Shown one piece after another: positions 38,972-47,822 of a stretch of DNA of 64,000 nt (the stretch's first letter is position 1; every line of letters begins with the position of its first letter). The DNA is from Candidatus Aminicenantes bacterium (GTDB lineage Bacteria > Acidobacteriota > Aminicenantia > UBA2199), in contig DSBM01000053.1 of NCBI GenBank assembly GCA_011049425.1, positions 3,689 to 67,688 of the forward strand, written 5' to 3'. The position numbers were made by a program, and so were the translations under genes. The notes below the pieces were generated by a model. That model saw only the letters and a list, made by a program, of their open reading frames with translations, searched no databases and was not told the DNA's origin.

Positions 38972-40117
38972 ATGAACTTTTCCGCCAATCGCGGCATACG
39001 CCTGATCAAGGGCGAAAACGCCACTATTTATGATGACTGCGGTCGCACCTACATCGATCTGGCCTCCGCACACGGAGTCGCCGCGGTCGGGCATGCCCAC
39101 CCGGCCGTTGCCCGGGCCGTGGCTTTTCAAAGCCAACATCTGCTCAGTTGCCCGGGCAGTTTTTCCAATGATGCCCGCGACAGATTGATCTCAGCCCTTT
39201 CCCGGGTAACGCCTCCCGCCCTTAACCGCTTCTTTTTCTGCAACTCCGGCACGGAAGCGGTTGAAGCCGCCCTGAAACTGGCCGCTATCAGTAACGGCAG
39301 ATCACGATTTGTCGCGTTTAAAAGGAGCTTTCACGGACGCACCATCGGCGCCCTGGGCGTAACCTGGCCTCCCGGGTACCGCGAACCATTTCATTCCCTA
39401 TTGCCGCAAGTGACGTTCCTGCCTTTCAACCAGGTGGAAGGCTTGATCAAAGCGATTGATCATACCGTGGCGGCCGTAATCGTGGAAGGAGTTCAGGGCG
39501 AAGGGGGTGTGTACCCGGCCCGGGCGGATTTTCTTTGCGAAATCCAGTCAGCCTGCAACGAGAGCGATGCATGCCTGATTCTGGATGAAATCCAGACTGG
39601 AGGCGGTCGGACCGGAAAATTCTGGGCGCACAGCCACTTCGGGGTTACGCCGGACATCATCTGTTTCGCCAAGGCCCTGGGGGGAGGCTTCCCTTTCGGT
39701 GGCATCGCCTGCGGACCGCGGATAATGGAAAAACCCGGAATTCATGGCTCTACGTTCGGCGGCAACCCCGTGGCCTGCGCCGCAGCCGCCGCAGCCCTGT
39801 CTATTATTGAGTCCCAGGACCTGTGCGTTATGGCCGCTGAGAAAGGCGAGATCATCATCGAGCAATTGCAGCGGGAGCCCTTGCCCGGGGTTCGAGATAT
39901 CCGCGGCCTCGGATGCATGGTGGGAATCGAACTGGAATACGCCGTTACGCCATTGCTCAAACGGCTGCAGGCACGGGGCGTCATCGCCCTGGCGGCCGGG
40001 CCTCACGTCATGCGTCTGCTACCGCCGCTGACAATCCCGGAAGAACAATTGCTCCGTGCCCTGGATACATTGATCACACTATTGAAAAACCCCCATCCCA
40101 AAAAACCATGTTCATGA
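38972..40117 (+). CDS. lysJ: [LysW]-aminoadipate semialdehyde / acetylornithine aminotransferase (class III PLP)
   Basis: GTEAVEAALKLA, LILDEIQTGGGRTG, PLP-Lys block FAKALGGG. Start may be as early as 38933. Confidence 0.8.
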   Translation: MNFSANRGIRLIKGENATIYDDCGRTYIDLASAHGVAAVGHAHPAVARAVAFQSQHLLSCPGSFSNDARDRLISALSRVTPPALNRFFFCNSGTEAVEAALKLAAISNGRSRFVAFKRSFHGRTIGALGVTWPPGYREPFHSLLPQVTFLPFNQVEGLIKAIDHTVAAVIVEGVQGEGGVYPARADFLCEIQSACNESDACLILDEIQTGGGRTGKFWAHSHFGVTPDIICFAKALGGGFPFGGIACGPRIMEKPGIHGSTFGGNPVACAAAAAALSIIESQDLCVMAAEKGEIIIEQLQREPLPGVRDIRGLGCMVGIELEYAVTPLLKRLQARGVIALAAGPHVMRLLPPLTIPEEQLLRALDTLITLLKNPHPKKPCS

Positions 40118-42498
40118 AAAATGTTTCGTATTGGCAGGCTCTCCCATATGTCTATCGTGCGTTTCTCTGGTGTGTTCACAATACCCTGGAACATTGTGAA
40201 CTAACCATCGACTGGCCGAAACGAGCGGAAAAGCTGGTGGGCATGGAGGTTCCGTTTTGTCCGACCCGACTCCTGCTCCAGGACGCCTCGGGTTTGAATT
40301 TAGTCCAGGACCTGATCTCCAGTACAGTGAACGGGTCGCGACTCCCGCCCATGGACCTGGTGGTGGATCACGGCATCATTACCGAGGACTTCGGCAATAA
40401 ACAGTCTGCCGCGCGCAATCGCCGCACGGAAATGAATGCCAATCACCACCGTTACCGTTTTTTTAAAGATGCCTCCAGGATAATCCCTTCATTGACCATT
40501 CATCCCCCGGGATCGGGGGTGATTCATCAACTCAACCTGGAACGCCTGGCACCGCAAAAAGCGTCATTCAGCCTCGATACCCCCCAGGATTGCGTTCTGG
40601 GCACCGACTCTCATACCCCGATCATCAATGCCCTCGGCGTTCCGGGTTGGGGAGTCGGCGCCCTGGAAGCGCTCTACGCCGCCTGTTTCGGCCCCGTATC
40701 TCTGGCCATCCCTCCGGTCACCCAGGTTGTATTGCGTGGGAAACTTCGCGCAAATTGCACACCCACCGACCTGGCCCTCCACCTGGCCCACCGACTCAGG
40801 AGGATCGGCATCAATGGGACCTGGGCGGAATTCAGCGGTCCCGCCCTGGATTATCTGCCTATCGCGGATCGGGCCGTTCTTGCCGGCATGGCCCCTGAAT
40901 ACGGCTGCCAGATGGCGTTTTTTCCCGTGGATCATTGCGGGATCGCTTTCATGGAACGAATCGTGGGATCCGTGCGGACGCAACGCTGGCGGAAGGTCGC
41001 CCAAATAAGGGGGCTATGGCGCGAAAACCGTCCAACGCGACCGGTCGCGTGTGAAATCATTGTTGACCTGGATCAACTGAAGCCCTGCGCTTCAGGGCCT
41101 GAATACCCCTGGCAGCGGGTAACCGCAATATCTACAAAACCCGTGCGCCTGGCGGCCATCACTTCATGCACAAACGGCGCCCACCCGAGAATGTTGATCC
41201 GCGCGGCACTGCTCGCCCGCAACGCCTTGCGAGCCGGGATAAGTCCGGCTCCACGAATCAAAACGGTTCTCGCTTTATCCTCAACCCGGGTTATGGCTTT
41301 TTTGCGCGAAAGCGGCCTGGCTTCGTACCTTGAACAAACCGGCTTCTTTGATTGCGGCATCGGCTGCGGACCGTGCTTAGGCCATTGCGGTTCACTCCCG
41401 CCAGAGACCACGCAAGGCAACGATCAAGGCTGCGCCGTCATTTCCGGCAACCGTAATTTCCCCGGACGCATCCACCCGGAACTCGACGCGGTTTTTTTGG
41501 CATCGCCGGAACAAGTGGTAGCCGCGACCTTGATGGGTCGGTGGGGTGGAGTCATCGACCCATGCTCGTCCCATCCATTCGCCCGCCTGTGGGCCGAACA
41601 AGCGGAGGTTGAACACTACCAGGCCCAGTGGAACAATGCCCACATTCCCCTGCAAACTGAAAAGTTGTTGCGCCGGGAAGCCCAAGAGCATTGGCATCAT
41701 TTCAGGGCCGAACCTTCTGGTGAAATACAGGGGCTCCGGAAAATCACCGCATCTCCCCTTGCCGATATTGGAACACCTTCCTGGATAAAAAGCGGCAGCC
41801 TGAACAACGCCGGGGTATTGGTTAAACTCGGTGACGGGATAACCACCGACCATATTTCACCCGTCGGCCCGATCCCCCGGGAAAGCGAGTCGGGGCGATT
41901 CATTCTCATGAAATCCGGCCTGTCAACAACTCCGCAAAGTTATGCTGCCTGGCGCGCCAATGCCGAAGTCATGATCAGGGGAGGATTCACGTCACCACGC
42001 CTGCACAACCTGCTGCTGACGGAGCAACCTTCAGGGGGATATACGGCAATCCGGGGAAACAATCACACCTTGCCGATCTGGAAGGCGGCGCGAATCTATC
42101 GCTTCCGGCGCGTACCGCTGATTGTTCTGGCGGGCAAAGAATACGGAGCCGGTTCGGCGCGCGACTGGGCAGCTAGGGTGACCCGCCTGCTGGGCGTTGA
42201 AGCAGTAATTGCGCTTTCTTTTGAGGAAATCCATCGCCGCAACCTGATCACCATGGGCGTTATTCCCTTGCTTTATAATCAAGACAACCGCCACGACATC
42301 TACGCCATCGGGGCCGAGCACCGCTTGACCATCCGCCAACTCAAAGATCTGGCACCGGAAAGCCGGCAGGATTGCATTGTTCGCGATCCCATGGGGCGGA
42401 CTGCAACGATTCCACTTACTTCCGCCATCAGGACGGAATGGGAAGCCAACCTGCTTATGCGAGGTGGTATTCCAAGCCGCATGGAAAAACACGTGTAG
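40114..42498 (+). CDS. Aconitase-family hydro-lyase, single-chain (~795 aa), translationally coupled to lysJ; candidate homoaconitase
   Basis: LGTDSHTP, ITSCTNGAHP, CGPCLGHCG, NRNFPGR and the swivel-domain GSARDWA: the full set of aconitase cluster-ligand and substrate motifs in AcnA domain order. Confidence 0.75.
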   Translation: MKNVSYWQALPYVYRAFLWCVHNTLEHCELTIDWPKRAEKLVGMEVPFCPTRLLLQDASGLNLVQDLISSTVNGSRLPPMDLVVDHGIITEDFGNKQSAARNRRTEMNANHHRYRFFKDASRIIPSLTIHPPGSGVIHQLNLERLAPQKASFSLDTPQDCVLGTDSHTPIINALGVPGWGVGALEALYAACFGPVSLAIPPVTQVVLRGKLRANCTPTDLALHLAHRLRRIGINGTWAEFSGPALDYLPIADRAVLAGMAPEYGCQMAFFPVDHCGIAFMERIVGSVRTQRWRKVAQIRGLWRENRPTRPVACEIIVDLDQLKPCASGPEYPWQRVTAISTKPVRLAAITSCTNGAHPRMLIRAALLARNALRAGISPAPRIKTVLALSSTRVMAFLRESGLASYLEQTGFFDCGIGCGPCLGHCGSLPPETTQGNDQGCAVISGNRNFPGRIHPELDAVFLASPEQVVAATLMGRWGGVIDPCSSHPFARLWAEQAEVEHYQAQWNNAHIPLQTEKLLRREAQEHWHHFRAEPSGEIQGLRKITASPLADIGTPSWIKSGSLNNAGVLVKLGDGITTDHISPVGPIPRESESGRFILMKSGLSTTPQSYAAWRANAEVMIRGGFTSPRLHNLLLTEQPSGGYTAIRGNNHTLPIWKAARIYRFRRVPLIVLAGKEYGAGSARDWAARVTRLLGVEAVIALSFEEIHRRNLITMGVIPLLYNQDNRHDIYAIGAEHRLTIRQLKDLAPESRQDCIVRDPMGRTATIPLTSAIRTEWEANLLMRGGIPSRMEKHV

Positions 42499-42816
42499 CA
42501 TCGGCCGCACCCCCCACTTCGCGGACCACACGCAGCAACGGCTCCCGGCAGCACCGCAAAGGCCCGGCTCCCGTCCGCGCCACCGCATCGTCATAATCTT
42601 TAACGGCGGGCATCGCAATCGTGTCTGTTTTCCACCCTTCAGGTTGTCCACGATCACTCCCTAATTTCCCGAAGTGATTGGATGGGCACACGGGCGAAGG
42701 AGCCTTCATTGGGGAAAGAAAAACATTTGCTTTAAAAACACTTGATTGGCGTGCGCATTCAGCGTATGCTGCGGTTGCGGCTGAACCCAACCCGCAAAAA
42801 TTTCGTGAGGCGAAAA

Positions 42817-43419
42817 ATGAAACTTCACTTTTTTCTCTGCATTCCCCTGTTGGTAGTGGCCATTCCGGACTTGGCGGGCGCGGATATTCCCCGAAAAATC
42901 AGTGACATCCCCACCTACGCGGATGCAAAGAGAGACACCGCGGCCGAGGCCGAATACAAGGCTCAGATGGAAGGAGAAGAAGACAGCGAAAGCGGTCGCA
43001 GCGAGATCATCCGCATCTATTCCGTTGCCTCCGCGCCGGAACCGGTGGCCCGCTTCTACATCAAACAGCTCAAAGCAAGCGCGGGCATGCCGGAAATCAC
43101 GGAAGAGCCCGCTCCCGGAACCGTGATTGCCCCATGGTATGAATTGGAATTCTATAGGCCGCAGGATTTTGAAAACCAGTACGAATACGACACCCTGATC
43201 TACGACGGCAAATGGGTGAAATCCTGCCTGGAAAACCGCGAACCCTGGTCGCCGGGTCAATGGCTGGGCCAGGCCAACCTCATGTGGGAAGTCTACACCG
43301 CGGACAGTGAGCGGAAGGAATACCTGGTCGGAATTGAAGATATGAGCGTGGATAACCAGAACCACACGTTTATCCCGCGAACCCGCATCTTTATCCAGGT
43401 GGTAAGGGAAGAAGAATAA
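42817..43419 (+). CDS. Secreted hypothetical protein
   Basis: Start MKLHFFLCIPLLVVAIP (signal peptide). Acidic mature protein with no recognised domain. Confidence 0.5.
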   Translation: MKLHFFLCIPLLVVAIPDLAGADIPRKISDIPTYADAKRDTAAEAEYKAQMEGEEDSESGRSEIIRIYSVASAPEPVARFYIKQLKASAGMPEITEEPAPGTVIAPWYELEFYRPQDFENQYEYDTLIYDGKWVKSCLENREPWSPGQWLGQANLMWEVYTADSERKEYLVGIEDMSVDNQNHTFIPRTRIFIQVVREEE

Positions 43420-43456
43420 AAAGTTGTTGAGATAGTTGAAGGCGGAGAAACAGAAC

Positions 43457-43480
43457 AGGCGACCAGCCGGTCGCCCCTAC
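43457..43480. repeat. REP-like palindromic element (copy 2, AGGCGACCAGCCGGTCGCCCCTAC)
   Basis: One mismatch relative to copies 1 and 3. Lies in a convergent intergenic region. Confidence 0.65.
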
Positions 43481-43616
43481 ACCTTCCCTCAATAACTTTT
43501 GTCTTTCCTTTGCGCCGGTTTTATGCCTTCTACTTTCGCGACCACCAGCCCCCTGCCACCTGATACCTGTCACCTGCCACATTCTTTCCAACTTCCCCAA
43601 CTCTCCAACTTTTTTT

Positions 43617-44468
43617 CTATAACTCCCCGGCCGCAAATGTATCACCGCGGCTGACATCACCCGTCTTGAACCCCAGCGTAAACCAGCGCACCCGTTGCGC
43701 GGATGTGCCGTGGGTAAAGGCATCGGGCACCACGAAGCCCCGGGTACGCTTCATCACGTTGTCATCCCCCACGGATGAAGCTGCGTTCATGCCTTCTTCG
43801 ATATCGCCCTCTTCGAGGATGTTTTTCATGCGCTGGGCATGGTGGGCCCAGATGCCGGCCAGGAAATCGGCCTGGAGTTCCAGGCGGACATCCAGGCGAT
43901 TGGCCTCGCGTCGACTCAGCCGTTGTTTTTCAGCATGCACTTTTTCGAGGATGCCCAACTGGTTCTGCACGTGGTGCCCGATCTCGTGGGAAACCACGTA
44001 CGCCCAGGCGAAATCACCGCGGGCTCCCAACTTCTCTGTCATGGCCTGCAGAAAGGCCAGGTCGATGTAGACCGTTTCATCACCCGGGCAGTAGAAAGGT
44101 CCCACCGCGGCCTGGGCGAATCCGCATGCCGACTCCGTGGCGCCGCTGAAGATCACCAGCCTGGCTTCCCGGTATTGCTGCCCCTGGCCGCGAAAAATTT
44201 CATGCCAGACATCCTCGGTATCGGCCAGGACAACGGCCACGAACTCCGCCAGTTCTTTTTCCGCCTCGCTCATAGGGCGGGCACTTTCCTGTTGGGCGGC
44301 CTGGGGAATCTGCAGGTTCTGCACCACCTCGCCGGGATCTCCGCCCAACAACAGGATAACCACCGCGGCCACAATCCCCAGTAATCCGCCGGCGGCGGCC
44401 ACGCGCCGGCCGGTCGAACCACCGCGAATCTCTACATTGTCACTTTGTCTTCTGCCTTTCCAGCGCAT
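43617..44468 (-). CDS. Membrane-anchored neutral zinc metallopeptidase (YpfJ family)
   Basis: HEIGHHVQNQLG zincin motif plus a downstream Glu-containing helix. N-terminal TM anchor. Confidence 0.8.
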   Translation of the reverse strand: MRWKGRRQSDNVEIRGGSTGRRVAAAGGLLGIVAAVVILLLGGDPGEVVQNLQIPQAAQQESARPMSEAEKELAEFVAVVLADTEDVWHEIFRGQGQQYREARLVIFSGATESACGFAQAAVGPFYCPGDETVYIDLAFLQAMTEKLGARGDFAWAYVVSHEIGHHVQNQLGILEKVHAEKQRLSRREANRLDVRLELQADFLAGIWAHHAQRMKNILEEGDIEEGMNAASSVGDDNVMKRTRGFVVPDAFTHGTSAQRVRWFTLGFKTGDVSRGDTFAAGEL

Positions 44469-44605
44469 GTTACCTCGCCTTGAATCCCCGGTTCAGCACC
44501 GGTCCTGTTTTCTGTAATCTACTGCCAATTAAAAAATTATTCAACAAAGCGTCACGGCCTCAAATGCATCAGCCCGCAAAACAGCGCCAGCGGCTGGATT
44601 GCCCG

Positions 44606-45223
44606 CTACTCGCGGACACAACGAATCGACAATCCTTCACCCTTATGCCCGCTGCGGGAACGACGAACCACCGTATTGTGGGAGTACACATAGCGGCTCC
44701 AGCCATACCGGGCGCTGACCTCGGACGCCGACCAGAAGCAGCCCATAAAGCCCAGGGCGTGAAAACCGCCTTTGTGACCGCGATAGCCGCCTGGGAGTAC
44801 AGATAAGCCGCTCTCATTGGTGGCACCGGCATTGGGAACCTGCCAGAGATCATGGGCCTTCATCTTACCGCCGGCGTCCGCATCGCCCCCCAGGCCGGTG
44901 ATCAACATATCCCACTCCTCATCACTGGGAATATGCCACCCTTGCGGCGCCAGCCCGCGCGGATCGTTCAAGGCATACCAGTTATACAGTTTGCCGAAAA
45001 CGGCATCGTTTTCAGAATTGTTGTCCACATGACACCAGGCCGGTTGCTCTTCTTTGGCCGCGTTATTCCATTCCTCAGGCGATCCGGCTTCAGGAATGGG
45101 GTCACCATTACGAAATGTGCATGCATCCAGGTTCCGTACCATCCACTCCTGGTCACCGATCTTTACACTATTCATGCCGACCTCCTGCTGAATCATTATC
45201 GAAAGTATTGCAGCCAAAATCAA
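44606..45223 (-). CDS. Fibrobacter succinogenes major paralogous (FISUMP, TIGR02145-like) domain protein
   Basis: KIGDQEWMVRNLDA...GKLYNWYA...GWHIPSDEEW: the FISUMP domain signature. Start uncertain (45223 or 45175). Confidence 0.65.
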   Translation of the reverse strand: MILAAILSIMIQQEVGMNSVKIGDQEWMVRNLDACTFRNGDPIPEAGSPEEWNNAAKEEQPAWCHVDNNSENDAVFGKLYNWYALNDPRGLAPQGWHIPSDEEWDMLITGLGGDADAGGKMKAHDLWQVPNAGATNESGLSVLPGGYRGHKGGFHALGFMGCFWSASEVSARYGWSRYVYSHNTVVRRSRSGHKGEGLSIRCVRE

Positions 45224-45241
45224 TGCATTCTCCCCAACTTT

Positions 45242-45266
45242 CGGGCGACCGGCCGGTCGCCCCTAC
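45242..45266. repeat. REP-like palindromic element (copy 3)
   Basis: CGGGCGACCGGCCGGTCGCCCCTAC between the M28 stop and the FISUMP start. Confidence 0.7.
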
Positions 45267-45288
45267 TTTTCTCTTTTATCTTTTCACT

Positions 45289-46875
45289 TCATTTTTCCAT
45301 CGGAAAAGTAAGGTTGTTTTTCCACGTCGGCGGGGTGCGGGAATCGTTGATGCGGCGCACCAGCCACAATGCCGCCTGGATGGTCTGGCGCAGGCCGCCC
45401 AGGTCCCAGTTCGGGTTGTATTCATCCCGCACAGTGTGATAATCCCCAAGCCAGAAGCGGGTATAATGCCGCTCGCCATCCACCTCTTCTTCCCCGGCTG
45501 AGATCCACACCGCCGGGATTCCCCGGCGCGCGAAGGCGAACTGGTCGGAACGGTAAAACAGCCCCTGGTTGGCCAGGGAAAATTGGGAATACCCCAGGCC
45601 GGCGGCGGCGGCCGTTTCACGTATCAAATCCTCGAAAGTGGAAAAGCGCGCGCCGATCCCCATCAGGGTGGTGGACGGCTTCCATACCGGGGTGGATTCA
45701 AAATTGATGTTGGCCACGATTGTAGAACGGTCTGTGTTATCCACGAAGTATTTTGACCCCAACAAACCCGCCTCCTCGCTGTTGCAGGCCAGCAAGGTGA
45801 CAGAGTAGTGAAGCGTGGATTGAAATTTCTTGAGGATTTTTGCCGCCACCACCATGGCGGCAACCGCCGTGCCGTTGTCAATCGCCCCGTTATAGACGTT
45901 GTCCCCACCGGCATCCGTTTTCCCCAGGTGGTCGATGTGGGCGCTGAGAACGATCCGTTGGCTAACCTTTCCGGGGATCGTGGCCACCACGTTGCGGTTC
46001 ATGATCGTTTCACATTTGTTGTTGCCGCTGATCGTGACCGGCAGGCCCAGATCTGCAGGCCGGAAATCCCGGGAAAGGGAATCCATGTACAGTGCCTCCA
46101 GCTCAATCCCCTTTCTCGCCAGTAACGTGCGCAAACTCTCTTCCCGGATCCAGCCCCGGAACACGAGGTCATTCTCGATCTGGGAGGGGATAAAAAGCTC
46201 ACCGTTGGTCCAGGAGTTTTTCACCACGTTCCAATCGTAGCCCGCGGATTCAGCCGTATGGATCAACAGGATGCCCATGGCCCCGCGGCGCACGGCCTCC
46301 TCGATGTGGTAGGTCCAGCGGCCGAAATAGGTCAACGTTTTGCCCTCGAAAATTTCCGGATGGTACAGACCGGGGTCGTTGACACGACTGACCAGGATCT
46401 TGCCCGAGATATCCACATCCTTGAAATCGTCCCAGTTCCATTGCTCCGCCTGGATGCCGAACCCCGTAAATACCAGTGGCGCGGTCAGGTTAAACCGCTT
46501 TTTCTCTTGTGTGCAGGTGCCCACCAGGTCGCGGATGTATTCCAGTCTTGCCTCGCCCGCTGAAAGCTGAATGGCTGAAGTGGTGAACTTCTTCAATGTA
46601 AACGGCTGCATGTACCCCTGCGCTCCCGCGGGCTCCAGATCCATGAATTTGAACAGGCTGCGCAGGTAGATCTCCGCCAGGTCGCCCCCGCGAGTGCCCG
46701 GGGCGCGGCCTTCCAGCAGGTCGTGTCCCAGGAATTCCACCACGGCCTGCATCTCCGCCCGTGAAATGCCCTGTAACCGCTTTTCAAAAGCGTCGTCCGC
46801 GGCTACGCCCCACACCGTCGTTCCCGCCAGAGCCAGCAAAAATACCATGATTCCCAACCGTTTTATCATGACCAT
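45289..46875 (-). CDS. Secreted M28-family aminopeptidase with PA domain
   Basis: Signal peptide, then NVVATIPG...LSAHIDHLG, NGAIDNGTAVAAM, CNSEEAGLLGSKYF: M28 zinc-ligand blocks. Confidence 0.85.
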   Translation of the reverse strand: MVMIKRLGIMVFLLALAGTTVWGVAADDAFEKRLQGISRAEMQAVVEFLGHDLLEGRAPGTRGGDLAEIYLRSLFKFMDLEPAGAQGYMQPFTLKKFTTSAIQLSAGEARLEYIRDLVGTCTQEKKRFNLTAPLVFTGFGIQAEQWNWDDFKDVDISGKILVSRVNDPGLYHPEIFEGKTLTYFGRWTYHIEEAVRRGAMGILLIHTAESAGYDWNVVKNSWTNGELFIPSQIENDLVFRGWIREESLRTLLARKGIELEALYMDSLSRDFRPADLGLPVTISGNNKCETIMNRNVVATIPGKVSQRIVLSAHIDHLGKTDAGGDNVYNGAIDNGTAVAAMVVAAKILKKFQSTLHYSVTLLACNSEEAGLLGSKYFVDNTDRSTIVANINFESTPVWKPSTTLMGIGARFSTFEDLIRETAAAAGLGYSQFSLANQGLFYRSDQFAFARRGIPAVWISAGEEEVDGERHYTRFWLGDYHTVRDEYNPNWDLGGLRQTIQAALWLVRRINDSRTPPTWKNNLTFPMEK

Positions 46876-46920
46876 CTCCTCTCTCCTATTCTAGGCCAAA
46901 GAAAGAAAATGTGGAATAAA

Positions 46921-46980
46921 AAGTTGAAGAGTTGGAGCGTGAAAAACCGGCAAGGGGCCAGGGGAAATTGGCGAGGGGGA
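46921..46980 (-). promoter_or_regulatory. Conserved ~60-nt upstream element (copy A) ~50 nt before the M28 peptidase start
   Basis: Coding-strand sequence TCCCCCTCGCCAATTTCCCCTGGCCCCTTGCCGGTTTTTCACGCTCCAACTCTTCAACTT. ~88% identical to copy B. Confidence 0.5.
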
Positions 46981-47045
46981 CAGGAGGAAGGCACTGCCCC
47001 CTCATTCTTTCTCGTTATTCGATATTCAGAACATGCCTTGGCTTT

Positions 47046-47127
47046 TTCATCACAAAGCCCGAAATTTTGCTCATCCACAAGGGGGCCCTTGCGTTCACAT
47101 CACTAGTACGACGAGTTCCCATCACAA
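47046..47127. repeat. Second iteron-like array: four CATC(A/C)ACA units at ~22-25 bp spacing in the divergent M28 / lipoprotein intergenic region
   Basis: TTCATCACAAAG (47046), TCATCCACAAG (47071), TCACATCACTAG (47096), CCCATCACAATA (47118). Confidence 0.55.
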
Positions 47128-47198
47128 TAATGAATTAAACGGCGGTGTTATATTTCTTGCCGATTTGCTAGAATTTGGCCACGACAGGAGGAAACACG

Positions 47199-47807
47199 AT
47201 GAAGAAATTCAAAAGTACACTGGTATTTTGCATCTCATTGCTCTTTTTCACCATGCTGTTCTTTGCCTGCAATGATAACGCCCCCACAGAAGACCCGATG
47301 AATGCAGCGCAGAAAGCGGAAACCGATGTGGATTCGCCGCCGGCCGCTGATGCCGCGCAAACAGCGCCGGCAAGTGAGGGAAAAGCCGTCAGTGGTTGGA
47401 AACAGGTTAATTATGAAGACTTTACTTTCATGATTCCCGCCGATTGGAAGCGGGAAAGCAACACCGACATCTGGTTCCCAAAAACAGAGAGCTTCGACAT
47501 GGGATTACCCTTGATTTCCCTGCAATGCGGGCTGATGCCGATTATGGCCGGCCAGACCGTTGACGAACAGATCAAGGAAATGATTCACGGGTCCGCGCCC
47601 AAAAGCAAAACCGCAGTGGACAAATGCAACATGAGCGGTCATACCTGGGAGGCTCACGACGACTTGAGCCACATGACCCTTACCCTGGAAGATCCACGGG
47701 GTGAAATGATAGCGGTCTATTTCTTTAACTGCCGGGTTCCGCGCAACCAGTTCACCAACTACAAAGAGATCTACCGCAAAATCCTGGATTCCGTGCAGTG
47801 CAACTGA
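47199..47807 (+). CDS. Lipoprotein of unknown function
   Basis: MKKFKSTLVFCISLLFFTMLFFAC lipobox. RBS AGGAGG. Slightly lower GC than the surroundings. Confidence 0.55.
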   Translation: MKKFKSTLVFCISLLFFTMLFFACNDNAPTEDPMNAAQKAETDVDSPPAADAAQTAPASEGKAVSGWKQVNYEDFTFMIPADWKRESNTDIWFPKTESFDMGLPLISLQCGLMPIMAGQTVDEQIKEMIHGSAPKSKTAVDKCNMSGHTWEAHDDLSHMTLTLEDPRGEMIAVYFFNCRVPRNQFTNYKEIYRKILDSVQCN

Positions 47808-47822
47808 AACCCGGCTGCTGAA

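Noticed and set aside
47071-47080. TCATCCACA resembles a DnaA box (TTATCCACA), raising the possibility that the CATCACA arrays mark oriC
   Set aside because: Only one unit is within one mismatch. The others (TTCATCACA, CACATCACT, CCATCACAA) are 2-3 mismatches away. No dnaA/dnaN or AT-rich DUE is nearby. The same word occurs at a second locus.
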